64,000 bases of DNA from the IMG/VR virus record IMGVR_UViG_3300044641_006529, one strand, 5' to 3'. Positions 29,169-38,636 of this stretch are shown piece by piece (position 1 is the stretch's first letter; the number at the start of each line of letters is the position of its first letter). The position numbers were made by a program, and so were the translations under genes. The DNA comes from an uncultured virus (IMG/VR IMGVR_UViG_3300044641_006529) (lineage: Duplodnaviria; Heunggongvirae; Uroviricota; Caudoviricetes). The notes beneath the pieces are model-generated. The model did not search any database. It saw nothing but the letters and a program-made list of their open reading frames with translations, and had not been told where the DNA came from.

Positions 29169-32100
29169 ATGAAACTCTTTACAAAAGACATCGACAAGAA
29201 GCTGTTTGCTCAATATTCAATGGGCAGCAACTTAGAAAACCAAATGGTGGTTGCTAAAATATTTAATCCTTATGGGCGTGGTGTTTGGTATCTATTAAAT
29301 AGCGACCCTAACGACCCCGATTACTTATGGGCTATTGTTAACCTTTTTGAAGTTGAAATGGGCAGCGTTAGTCGTTCAGAACTGGAATCTATACTTGTGC
29401 CTCCTTACAGATTGCCTCTTGAAAGAGATTTGTACTTTACTCCCGTAAATGCAAAGGTTCTATTTGATGGCTTACTACAAGGGAAGCACTATTCAAAAGG
29501 TGGTAGTGTTGATGAAACAATTGGTTTTTTAAGACTTAACAATATAGATAAAATCGGAACGGTTGATTATGGCATAATCTCAACACCAATAAATGAAAAA
29601 CAACATTTTGAACTAAAAAAAATAGTTGAAAATAATGCCCTATATGATACCGTAAAAAAGTATAGGTTAGAAATCAAATATTATAAAAATGGTTATGCTC
29701 GGAGGGATTCTAATGAATATTTAAGTATTCTTAGTGAAAATCAAGGCAAAGCAATAATTGATTATTTTAAATCCTCAATGGCTAAAGGCGGTATGATGCA
29801 ACACGGTTTAAAAACTGGGGATAAAATTGTTGGCAAAAGCGGTTCTGATGGAATTAAAATTTATAATAAACAAAGCCGTGAAGCTGGAAGTGTAAATATA
29901 TCAACTGGGCAGCGAAATACGGATAAATATGCAAATGGGGGTGACCTAAGTAATGTATTCAACAAGTGGAGAGTTGTTGAGGAACAAGTAAAGTTTGCTG
30001 TTTTGCGAAATATTGGTATTGATAGGGCAACTGAACTTAATAGACGTTATGACCGCTATCCGATTAGACCATATCAACTACTTGAAAGAGCCGTTTACAG
30101 TAATTTGCTGTTACTTGACGAGATTAATAATGACGTTATAAATAGCGCGATTGAAGCCTCTATCGATACAGCCGATATGGAAGAAGTTGGTAGTAGCGAT
30201 TTTACGTATGTAATGAAGTCTATGTTAGACGGTGCTGGGCTTGAAACAGCATTTGTAAATAATTCGCTTAAACGAGTGGACGCTAATGGCAATCCATTGA
30301 ATTTGCAAAACGAATTGCCAACAAAGACTATGTTTGCGGATGGTGGTTCAATAGGTTATGAACACGATGTAAATATTGTAACAAATAGAGAGGGCGAAAA
30401 CTATCTGTTTCCAAGCAATAAGGAAGATAACTCAATGGGTGTTTTGTTGAAACGTGGTGGCAGAGCAAGTGAAGTTTTAAAAGAAACAGATTATATTTCC
30501 AATCGTAAAATTGATGCAATAATTATTGACGGCAAACGCTACGATGGCAAAAGCATAGTTGATGGCGTTTATTTGCGAAAAACAGCAAGTGGGAGTGCGG
30601 ATATGCCACAGCAGTCAGCAGCACCAGTTGTTGAGCCAAGCAAACCCAAATCAGCAAAGCCAACACGTAAGCCAAAACCTATGGGTGATGGTAGCGAATT
30701 GCTGAATCCACAATTTGCTGAAATAGATGCTCAAATGTTTGAACGCAGATTTGGAGTGTCGGTTAAAGTTATAGCAGATGAACTAAAGGGCTATGATAAA
30801 AATAGCGTTTTTCTTGGGGATGCGTGGCGAACTTATGAATCTGTAAGCGGCAAGGAGGTAAGCAATACTGAAGTAGGGGCGTTTTATAAATTTTTGTTAG
30901 CTGGATTTAGTTTTTACAATGTAAAACTCGGCAAGAGCAAGGCGATTAAGTTGCCAAACTTTGACGAACAAGATTTGGATAACGGACTACGTATTCACAT
31001 TAAGCCACAATATGCGAAGCCTTTGTCAAAAGAGGGTTTTCTGAGTATGAAAAACATTCTCGGCACAGACGTATTACGCCCTATAATGATGGGCGTTTAT
31101 TTTGACGATGGAAACCTAATAGGAACTGATGCACACAAACTTGTGATTATTAAGCAAACCCAAAGCGAAAGCGAACTAAAGACTATATTTAAAGACCTTA
31201 TTAAAAAAGAGGTAAATAAGTATGCTGGGGGTAGAGATGCTGATAAAATTATTGAAGAAAAAGTAAATGCAATATTTGATGGTGGCTTGGATAAAAAGCC
31301 AATTAATTTTACAACTGGTATGTTTGATGATGGAACTAAATATCCAAACTATCAAGCTGTTATACCTAAAAACACCGAATATTCAGAGAGCGTATCAATT
31401 CAAGCATTAATTGACGCTTGTAATGGGGTTTATGAAGCGCAAAACAACTGCTATGAAATAATTAAAAACATACTCTTTAATTTCATAAATGGACAAAATG
31501 AACAAGAAATTGCATTTAACTCAGAATATTTATTAGATACATTACAAGTGTTGCAAGTAAATGGAGCAAAAAGCGTTAAATTAAGTCCTTCTACCCCAAC
31601 AAGAGCGTGTGGTATTTATGCCGATAACGGCAACTACGCACTAATAATGCCCACAATGACAAGTTACAGCGTAAACGCACCTTGCAACTATTCTATTCCT
31701 ATGAAAACCACAGAAAGCAATTTTATTCCAAGCGACAGCGTAATCGCTAAGTTTAAGTACAAAGCTGGTGGTCAAATAACCGAAGCACAAAGGGAGAAAA
31801 TAGAAACTGTTATGGACGAGTACGGTCAAGGCAAACTTAACATTGGTTTATCCGAAGCGGGTGTTTCTAAAATAGAAAAAAAAGCTAACGGGGGCGATGT
31901 TGCTAAATCTTATGAAGTTGAATATGAAATTAGTGGCAAAAAACACAAGTCAACTTATCTCCTATATCAAAGCGATAGGGTAGAGAAAATGCTTCCACCC
32001 GATGCAAAGATTATCAGTATAAAAGAAACATCAAAAATGGCTAAAGGTGGCGGTGTTGCATCTTTTAAGGAAGGCGATATTGTGAAGTCAAAAGACCCAA

Positions 32101-32291
32101 AAGACGGCTACGGAACAATTACGGAAATAGTAGGCAGCGTGGCATTAGTTGATTTTCAAGATAAACTTTCAAATCACATAAGAAAATTATCCTTTTCTAA
32201 TTTGGAAAAAGTTACTATAAGTCAATTTAAAAATAGATTTCAAAGTAGGGCTTATATGAAGCCAAAAGATGGATGGAAGCACAAAAAATAA
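29169..32291 (+). CDS. Polyvalent protein: DUF2958-like N-terminus, partial DnaN/beta-clamp-like region, KOW/SH3-like C-terminus
   Basis: KIFNPYG..WY..EMGSVS..ERDLYF; RPIMMGVYF..GTDAHKL..YPNYQAVIP..IAFNSEYLLD..LIMP. Confidence 0.75.
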   Translation: MKLFTKDIDKKLFAQYSMGSNLENQMVVAKIFNPYGRGVWYLLNSDPNDPDYLWAIVNLFEVEMGSVSRSELESILVPPYRLPLERDLYFTPVNAKVLFDGLLQGKHYSKGGSVDETIGFLRLNNIDKIGTVDYGIISTPINEKQHFELKKIVENNALYDTVKKYRLEIKYYKNGYARRDSNEYLSILSENQGKAIIDYFKSSMAKGGMMQHGLKTGDKIVGKSGSDGIKIYNKQSREAGSVNISTGQRNTDKYANGGDLSNVFNKWRVVEEQVKFAVLRNIGIDRATELNRRYDRYPIRPYQLLERAVYSNLLLLDEINNDVINSAIEASIDTADMEEVGSSDFTYVMKSMLDGAGLETAFVNNSLKRVDANGNPLNLQNELPTKTMFADGGSIGYEHDVNIVTNREGENYLFPSNKEDNSMGVLLKRGGRASEVLKETDYISNRKIDAIIIDGKRYDGKSIVDGVYLRKTASGSADMPQQSAAPVVEPSKPKSAKPTRKPKPMGDGSELLNPQFAEIDAQMFERRFGVSVKVIADELKGYDKNSVFLGDAWRTYESVSGKEVSNTEVGAFYKFLLAGFSFYNVKLGKSKAIKLPNFDEQDLDNGLRIHIKPQYAKPLSKEGFLSMKNILGTDVLRPIMMGVYFDDGNLIGTDAHKLVIIKQTQSESELKTIFKDLIKKEVNKYAGGRDADKIIEEKVNAIFDGGLDKKPINFTTGMFDDGTKYPNYQAVIPKNTEYSESVSIQALIDACNGVYEAQNNCYEIIKNILFNFINGQNEQEIAFNSEYLLDTLQVLQVNGAKSVKLSPSTPTRACGIYADNGNYALIMPTMTSYSVNAPCNYSIPMKTTESNFIPSDSVIAKFKYKAGGQITEAQREKIETVMDEYGQGKLNIGLSEAGVSKIEKKANGGDVAKSYEVEYEISGKKHKSTYLLYQSDRVEKMLPPDAKIISIKETSKMAKGGGVASFKEGDIVKSKDPKDGYGTITEIVGSVALVDFQDKLSNHIRKLSFSNLEKVTISQFKNRFQSRAYMKPKDGWKHKK

Positions 32292-32318
32292 TACATTTGT
32301 AAATCAAATAATTTCACT

Positions 32319-32816
32319 ATGGAATTTCAGTATAAAAACGCACTTAGGGAGTATAATGTAACTGAGGCAGAATTGACGGACGATGCGAAAAATGGCATTA
32401 TGCAGATTAATCAGATTCAAAAATCTATTAAAATGCTTGAAGCACGGGGCAAAAAACCCACAAAACAAGCATTAGCCAAAATCAAAACGTTTGACAAATG
32501 GGTTTACTATGAGATTTTAGACTATGTTAACGACACAGATAAGAACTCAAATGAAGCACCTTTTGAAGCCGAAGAAATAATTAACGAGTTGGAAAACAAG
32601 GTGGACACATTAGGTTTGGAGGTAGAAAGCGAACTGGATAAGTTGTTTCAAAGCGGAACGACTAAGTTATCTATTGAGGATATTGAAAACGATGCCCCAA
32701 AGTCTTATAAAGTTATTTTTGATTCATACAAAGATGGCGAGGACAATGGAATTGTAACAACTAAATTTTCTCTGTTAGAAAAGGACGACAACTACTTTCA
32801 CTTAAATAAAAACTAA
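32319..32816 (+). CDS. Hypothetical protein
   Basis: ORF preceded by TACATTTG at 32292. Confidence 0.7.
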   Translation: MEFQYKNALREYNVTEAELTDDAKNGIMQINQIQKSIKMLEARGKKPTKQALAKIKTFDKWVYYEILDYVNDTDKNSNEAPFEAEEIINELENKVDTLGLEVESELDKLFQSGTTKLSIEDIENDAPKSYKVIFDSYKDGEDNGIVTTKFSLLEKDDNYFHLNKN

Positions 32817-32817
32817 A

Positions 32818-32970
32818 ATGATAGCAAAATTTGATACTCAGAGCGCAGCCCCATCGTCCAAAGCTGGTGGTAAGATAGGCACGTTTATCTTGTTCGGGTT
32901 GCTCATTGTGGCTGGTGTTTATGTTTACACCAACTACATAGCAAAACCAAAACAAGAAAAAGATGCTTGA
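32818..32970 (+). CDS. Small membrane protein (50 aa), below the ORF-track cutoff
   Basis: MIAKFDTQSAAPSSKAGGKIGTFILFGLLIVAGVYVYTNYIAKPKQEKDA; fills the gap between neighbours. Confidence 0.7.
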   Translation: MIAKFDTQSAAPSSKAGGKIGTFILFGLLIVAGVYVYTNYIAKPKQEKDA

Positions 32971-33163
32971 TATAAACGCAAAACAAAATCGTAAAATAAC
33001 ACTACTGGCTACACTTATTGGTGGCATTGGTGGGTTGTTGGCTATTGCTTGGTATATTCAACGGCTGAAACACGGGCGGGATGATAAAAAGCTGAAAGAA
33101 TTGGAAAGAGAGATTAAGTTGTTGCAGATAAAAACAATAAAGGAGCAAAACGGCTACTCATAA
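32963..33163 (+). CDS. Small membrane protein with coiled coil
   Basis: TM segment ITLLATLIGGIGGLLAIAWYI. Confidence 0.7.
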   Translation: MLDINAKQNRKITLLATLIGGIGGLLAIAWYIQRLKHGRDDKKLKELEREIKLLQIKTIKEQNGYS

Positions 33164-33179
33164 AGTTTTAATTTAATTA

Positions 33180-33210
33180 TTTGGAAATGATTTTTATTGT
33201 GGTATATTTG
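33180..33210 (+). promoter_or_regulatory. Bacteroidota promoter (TTTG-N19-TATATTTG)
   Basis: Exact consensus and spacing, upstream of ATG 33233. Confidence 0.7.
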
Positions 33211-33232
33211 CACCACAACTAAAACTATTTCA

Positions 33233-33721
33233 ATGAAAACAACATCACGTACTGCTCTAATTATTGAGCAAAGCTGCCAAGCACTCAAAGAGTTTGCAGA
33301 AACATTTAACACCGAAGAACCTATTTTTGGGTTGACGCAAAAGGCGAAACTCATAATGGAAAAGCACAATCGAAACCATCACCTTGTTTTGGCATTATAT
33401 CGTTTGGGCTACATTAAAAAAGTTCGGCACAATATGTATGTTAACATTTTGCGACCAACTCATATTAGCAAATCCCTTGTAACCAAGTTTGTCGAAAACA
33501 TTAATAACCACAATAAAGAGTTATTGCAAAAACAAGTTACAGAAATGCCACAAACCTCCAGCGAAACATATTGGCTAATGTGCGATGGCGTGTGGGTTAG
33601 TTCACACAATTCGCTTGACGAACTAAAACAATCTATGCATAAGCATCCAGTAGGCAACTATACTGCTGTTAAAGTGCTGGGCAAAATTGAAATAAAAACA
33701 ATAGCCACTTACGAATTTTAG
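33233..33721 (+). CDS. Hypothetical protein
   Basis: ATG 33233 lies downstream of the promoter; the upstream start in the ORF track overlaps it. Confidence 0.6.
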   Translation: MKTTSRTALIIEQSCQALKEFAETFNTEEPIFGLTQKAKLIMEKHNRNHHLVLALYRLGYIKKVRHNMYVNILRPTHISKSLVTKFVENINNHNKELLQKQVTEMPQTSSETYWLMCDGVWVSSHNSLDELKQSMHKHPVGNYTAVKVLGKIEIKTIATYEF

Positions 33722-33759
33722 TATATTTGTATCTGTGTTCAAGTTTAGTTTATAGTAGG

Positions 33760-33786
33760 GACGCACCTTTAGGGGTGCGTTTTTTT
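33760..33786 (+). terminator. Rho-independent terminator
   Basis: GACGCACC...GGTGCGTT stem plus T-run. Confidence 0.75.
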
Positions 33787-34065
33787 ATGGCTGTTTTTCA
33801 ATGTTTAGAATATTGGCAAGGGTGTACCACCGACCATACTTGAACCTACTGCTTAAAAAGAAAGTTACACCTACTTTGTCGCCTACTGCAATATCGTGTT
33901 TAACCGTATCAAAATAGGCTCGCTTCGCAACAAGGTTTACGTACCTTTTGGAATTATAACCAACCTCAATGGTAAAGCTGGGAAACTGCTCGGAATCTAT
34001 AACTTCATTTACGATTCCTACAATTTTATTAAAATTTAATTGAGATATATTTAATAAAGACACGT
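33785..34065 (-). CDS. DUF3127-like OB-fold protein
   Basis: IAVGDKVGVTFFLSSR..GRWYT..NILNIE; start uncertain (possible GTG near 34065). Confidence 0.55.
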
Positions 34066-34140
34066 TATATGCAAAGTTCAAAAATAATTTTAATAGCTTA
34101 TTTAAAATAATATCTTTGTGTTGTTTTACACAATGCAAAT

Positions 34141-34650
34141 ATGTCAAAAGATAGCGATGATGTTGAAAGTCTGCTAATTAAGATACAAGAGGGGCTGAAC
34201 AAATTTGGTGTAGAAAAACTAAATATGGCAATCAGTAAAATATTGCTTCAAGACAGAGAGGACAAAACAAAAGAAATAGAATTTTGCATTAATCTCGTTT
34301 GTGGTCACTTCGGAATAAGCACCAAAACAATATACAGCAAGAGCGCACGGGGGGATTTACAAGATGCAAAACAGATAGCCTACTGCTTATTGCATTTTAA
34401 TCTACATTTGCCAATTCGGTTTATAGCGACCAATGTTTTTAGAAACTGGCACACTTCCGTTGCTAATGGCATAAAGAGGCTAAAAACAGCAGACATTACT
34501 CATAAACAAGAGCGTGTTTTTATTGAAACCTACGAATATTTAAGGGTAAGGCTTATAGAAAATTTAAACACAATCTACTCTAACCATAATCAGTATGAAA
34601 ATCTACAACAAGCGGGGGAAGAAAAATTACAAAGAGCAGAAATTAATTAA
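34141..34650 (+). CDS. DnaA C-terminal (domain IV)-like HTH protein
   Basis: VCGHFGIS..SKSAR..AKQIAYCL..HTSVANGIKR; TATCTTTG promoter element at 34111. Confidence 0.75.
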   Translation: MSKDSDDVESLLIKIQEGLNKFGVEKLNMAISKILLQDREDKTKEIEFCINLVCGHFGISTKTIYSKSARGDLQDAKQIAYCLLHFNLHLPIRFIATNVFRNWHTSVANGIKRLKTADITHKQERVFIETYEYLRVRLIENLNTIYSNHNQYENLQQAGEEKLQRAEIN

Positions 34651-35818
34651 TGATTTAGAAAATGTACTTTCTAAAAAGTTTGCCAATGATTCTGACTTTA
34701 AAAGCAAATTTGTACCCGCAAACTCCTACGATGATTTAAAAAAACTTTATAACCGATATGTGCCAACTGATGTGGCATTTGAAGAATTACCAAAAACAGA
34801 ACCAACCGAACCAATGGCAAAGGAAAAAGAAGTTGACCAAGATTTAGAACTGGAAAACGAAATAGAATTATCACCATCTTCGTCCCGAAATGTTGACCCT
34901 TTTAATAGAAACAATCCAATCATTCGTGATTATGTATTGGGTGACGAATCATTAAATAAAGACCCTTATAAAAATAGCGGAAAAACCGATTTTGCCGAAC
35001 CTACCAGTTTTGATGAAGCGTTTGAAATTCCCGATGGAACGGAAACCGAAAACGAGGCTCAACCAAAAACAGAGAAACAGAGCAAACCGAGAGCGGAAAA
35101 AAGAGAGCCAAGCGAACCTCTTAATCCAGCTTACGATGATATGAGCGCAAATAAAAAGCGCAAAAACACCAAAAAGTTTGCAAAGTATATTGTTGAAACG
35201 GTTTGTATGCTATCCGAAAAGGGGTTTGTATGGTTTGCAACAAAAGACATAAATGAAAGCAAACTGGCAGAATACGAACTTAATGGCGAAATGGACTTGT
35301 CATTAATGCTTACTTTGGGCGATGGACAAGAGCAAACCGTAAAAGAGTTTTTTGCTGGTCAATGTTTGGCAGCACAGCAATTAGCGGTAATAGGCGAAGA
35401 ACAAAAGTCTGACTTAGCTGATGCGTTGGCAGAAGTAATGATGGAAAAGGGCGTTACACCCACGCCCACGCAAGAGTTAATCTTAATTTCACTACAAATA
35501 TTTGGCGGTCAAGCATTAACGCTATTTGCTATGCGTAGTCAAACGTCAAGTGTTTTAAACCAGTTGCGTGTATTGAAAAACGGAGGCGCAGAAGCACCAG
35601 CCGAGCCACGCTACGAAGCACCACCAGTTTATGAAACGCCACCACAAAGCCAACGTCAAGCTGACCCGCCAACACCAAAGCAAGAGATTGAAAACGATAT
35701 GAGAAATCAAGCGTTAGAACAGCAGCTTATGGAAGAACAAGCTGCGTTTGAACAATATTTTACTCAATCGCCAAATGAATTAGCTTTGGTGGATGAAATT
35801 GTTGAAACCAAAGAATGA
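34595..35818 (+). CDS. Acidic protein with a hydrophobic segment, coupled to the ATPase
   Basis: ATGA overlap with the ATPase gene; segment LILISLQIFGGQALTLFAM. Confidence 0.7.
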   Translation: MKIYNKRGKKNYKEQKLINDLENVLSKKFANDSDFKSKFVPANSYDDLKKLYNRYVPTDVAFEELPKTEPTEPMAKEKEVDQDLELENEIELSPSSSRNVDPFNRNNPIIRDYVLGDESLNKDPYKNSGKTDFAEPTSFDEAFEIPDGTETENEAQPKTEKQSKPRAEKREPSEPLNPAYDDMSANKKRKNTKKFAKYIVETVCMLSEKGFVWFATKDINESKLAEYELNGEMDLSLMLTLGDGQEQTVKEFFAGQCLAAQQLAVIGEEQKSDLADALAEVMMEKGVTPTPTQELILISLQIFGGQALTLFAMRSQTSSVLNQLRVLKNGGAEAPAEPRYEAPPVYETPPQSQRQADPPTPKQEIENDMRNQALEQQLMEEQAAFEQYFTQSPNELALVDEIVETKE

Positions 35819-36669
35819 AAAAGAAAGAGAAAATAGTTAATAATGACCGTGAAGCGGGTATGATGGCTTGTACTGGCATACAAGGCGTGGGGAAAACATA
35901 CCTCAATATGCACATAATTAAAGACTACGTAAAGGACAAATTCTACAATAAGGTTCGTGGCAGAAAGTGTCTTATAATGGACACCAATGGCGAGTACACC
36001 AAAGAGCAATTTCAAGCTAACGATTGTGATGGAATTGACCCAAAGCGTATAGCTATTTCAGATATAGGGGCGTGGTGTAGAACTGAGGGTGGAGAATGTA
36101 GGCGAATAGATGCCAAAAACATAGGAATTGACCATAAAGTAAAGCTGATTAACTACATTATGGAGCATTTTCGTAATGGAATGTTGGTTTTAGAAGATAT
36201 TAATACCTACATTTTATCTGTAACGTTTATGAAAGAAATTGTAGGGGGGTTGGTAAATCTTCGTCACAGAGGCGTTGACGTTTTAATTAGCTATCAGTCG
36301 GCACGTCCAGTTGAGCCACGTATTTGGCAAAATGCTCGTTGGGTTCGTATGCACTACCAAGCTGATGATGTAAACGATATAAAAGGAAAGCTGCCAAACA
36401 TTAAACTATATAAGATTGCTCAAAACATAGTTAATAACCGCTATTTTTCGGGAGATAAACGTTTCTATGTTTATATTCACAATTTTGCCAATAAGATAGA
36501 GGGGGACTTTACGCCCTATGAGTTTCAGTTGGCTGCGGAACAATATCTTAACGCAAATTCAAAATATATAAAAGAACACGCTGCAATTCTCGGTACAAAA
36601 AACTTAGACGATGCACGTAAACAGCTTATTATTCAATACTACCAACAATACTTTTTTGATAGCAAATAA
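35815..36669 (+). CDS. FtsK/HerA-superfamily ATPase, A32/P9-like, probable genome-packaging ATPase
   Basis: Walker A GIQGVGKT; IMDTNGEY; Walker B LVLED; LRHRG arginine finger; ISYQ sensor; stand-alone 284 aa. Confidence 0.75.
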   Translation: MKKKEKIVNNDREAGMMACTGIQGVGKTYLNMHIIKDYVKDKFYNKVRGRKCLIMDTNGEYTKEQFQANDCDGIDPKRIAISDIGAWCRTEGGECRRIDAKNIGIDHKVKLINYIMEHFRNGMLVLEDINTYILSVTFMKEIVGGLVNLRHRGVDVLISYQSARPVEPRIWQNARWVRMHYQADDVNDIKGKLPNIKLYKIAQNIVNNRYFSGDKRFYVYIHNFANKIEGDFTPYEFQLAAEQYLNANSKYIKEHAAILGTKNLDDARKQLIIQYYQQYFFDSK

Positions 36670-36908
36670 TGGACGGGGTTTGGTTTTACGTATGGCTTTT
36701 TACGGTTTTAAATTTATTTAGTCTTAGCTTGATGCATACGGTAGATGCAGATAAAACCAATAAACTACTTTACACTTATTATACTTTGATATGCACAAAC
36801 TCAATTAACGGCTTTTTTATTTTAATTTACTTAATTGTATTTCGCATACCATCGTTCATTCCAGTATCAATCTATAAAATCGTCAAACATTGGATATTTA
36901 CAAAATAA
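36669..36908 (+). CDS. Small two-TM membrane protein
   Basis: Two hydrophobic stretches; coupled to the ATPase gene. Confidence 0.55.
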   Translation: MDGVWFYVWLFTVLNLFSLSLMHTVDADKTNKLLYTYYTLICTNSINGFFILIYLIVFRIPSFIPVSIYKIVKHWIFTK

Positions 36909-37159
36909 ATACGCTGGAGCAAAACATTTTGGTTCACGAATCTTTAAAGGAGGCGTTGCAAATACGTATTTATCACCTTAAAGACAAAACATTCAAAAAA
37001 GAGTATAAGCGTAATGAAAACACCATTAAGGTTTTGCAGTCAGTCATAGCAGTAAAAAAGGTCGAACAAACCCTAAGTGAATTGTACCACAAATTACATA
37101 ACATAGTTAGCATAAATGAACCCGTATCAGACAGCAATATTATTTCCAATATCCAGTAA
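36890..37159 (+). CDS. Hypothetical coiled-coil protein
   Basis: Overlapping ORF in operon. Confidence 0.5.
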   Translation: MDIYKINTLEQNILVHESLKEALQIRIYHLKDKTFKKEYKRNENTIKVLQSVIAVKKVEQTLSELYHKLHNIVSINEPVSDSNIISNIQ

Positions 37160-37832
37160 TGTAGAGTTAAGCAAATTCTGTTTTAGTAGGCTTTTGCAAC
37201 TATATCCCGCTGGTAACATTTTGCTCATTACACACGCGCACACAGACGAAGGACACAAATTAGCCTTTGATTTGAGCGAACGATATGCGGCTAAAATAAT
37301 TCCTACTTGCAACAGCTTGGGCGAATTACTAAATACTTGCATAGATAGTGTCGATAGCAAATATTTTTGTTATTATCCCCCAAACACAAGGGCATCAGAA
37401 AACAGCATACACGGGCTTATTTATAAATTAGAAAACATTGTGGACGCTGGAGTGGTCGGCATAAAGTCTAATGAAAACGTTTGCATATTAACTTCAATGC
37501 TAAACGCAGACGATAGATTTGAACTGGTACATTGTGAAACTAATGGGTTTGTTTCGGGAATGTGGTTAGCCAAAACCGAACTACTAAAATCAATTCGATT
37601 TGAAACAGACGCATTATTGCAACCACACGTTGTAGATATTGTGAGTAAAACGGCAAACCTAAAAGGATTATGCAACTTTTACGTGATAGGTGAGCATAGG
37701 ATTAATTTTCCAGTAATGGATTCTCTTTTGTTTCCACAGCCTACGCAAACCAGCGAAAAAGCGTTTAAGAAAAAAATAAACGAAATTTTTAAACTATACA
37801 CCAATGAGCGAAAATCGGAAAGTTATGCTTGA
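37116..37832 (+). CDS. Degenerate GT-A/GT2-like protein
   Basis: LLNTCIDSVDSKYFCY..AGVVG pattern with no DxD motif. Confidence 0.45.
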   Translation: MNPYQTAILFPISSNVELSKFCFSRLLQLYPAGNILLITHAHTDEGHKLAFDLSERYAAKIIPTCNSLGELLNTCIDSVDSKYFCYYPPNTRASENSIHGLIYKLENIVDAGVVGIKSNENVCILTSMLNADDRFELVHCETNGFVSGMWLAKTELLKSIRFETDALLQPHVVDIVSKTANLKGLCNFYVIGEHRINFPVMDSLLFPQPTQTSEKAFKKKINEIFKLYTNERKSESYA

Positions 37833-38223
37833 AATATTGATATATGGCTTAACAAGTGATAAAAGCCGCATATCTGATTTGTTAGCCAAAATACAACGTC
37901 AAATTGATAAGCGTAGAGCGGACAAGCCAATTGTAAGGGCTTTGTGGTATATTGATAACGGGGAAAAAACTGATTATGAAAAACAAGACTGGCTTATAAA
38001 CGAAGCCAATGCCTTGTTCTATGTTTTCGTGCCAACAACCTATGAAATAGACGACAAATTTGTTGCTAATCATTTAACCAGCGCAAAGCTGATGCACAAA
38101 GCTATTCGCAAGTGTAAAGCACTAAACATTAAGCCTAAAAGCACAAATAAGGCAAAACAAATTGTTCCGCAAGAAGCCCTTTCTAATAATAGCCCATTTG
38201 AGGAATTTGAAATACTTGACTAA
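37804..38223 (+). CDS. Truncated/degenerate GT2-like protein
   Basis: LEILI..IQRQI..IDNGE..FYVFV, with no DxD motif. Confidence 0.4.
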   Translation: MSENRKVMLEILIYGLTSDKSRISDLLAKIQRQIDKRRADKPIVRALWYIDNGEKTDYEKQDWLINEANALFYVFVPTTYEIDDKFVANHLTSAKLMHKAIRKCKALNIKPKSTNKAKQIVPQEALSNNSPFEEFEILD

Positions 38224-38636
38224 TGGAAAAGGTTTATTATAGCGTATTAAAAGAAAACATTGAAGTTCAGCACAAACTACTTGGATTGCTGGAACAAAAG
38301 GTTGAAGCTACAAGGGAAGAAATTAAAAACCCTAAATTAGCGAAGCTAACAGCTATTGATTTAGAAATAAGCGTCATTCGGACTAATGCCGAAATAGACA
38401 CACTAAAAAAGGTTCTGCAAGAGAAAGAAAACTACTTTCAAAAGTATGCTGAAAAGTTTGAAAAGGACGTAGCTGAAATGAATTTGAACTATGCTAAAGT
38501 TGTAAAACGTGCCGAGTTTGAAGCATCTAAAAAACCACAGCTATCCGAATTTTTATCTAAAAGCAAAAACGTTGATTTAGAGGGCAACATAGAGGCTAAA
38601 CTTTACTTTTATAATAGAGTTAAAGCATTTTTATAA
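38223..38636 (+). CDS. Hypothetical coiled-coil protein
   Basis: Coupled ORF. Confidence 0.65.
   Translation: MEKVYYSVLKENIEVQHKLLGLLEQKVEATREEIKNPKLAKLTAIDLEISVIRTNAEIDTLKKVLQEKENYFQKYAEKFEKDVAEMNLNYAKVVKRAEFEASKKPQLSEFLSKSKNVDLEGNIEAKLYFYNRVKAFL

Noticed and set aside
29169..32291. Bona fide dnaN gene
   Set aside because: Only part of the clamp is recognisable, inside a 1040-aa multidomain protein.
32818..32840. prfB-like +1 frameshift at a TTT TGA site
   Set aside because: On recount the sequence is AAA TTT GAT, so the 50-aa ORF is open without any shift.
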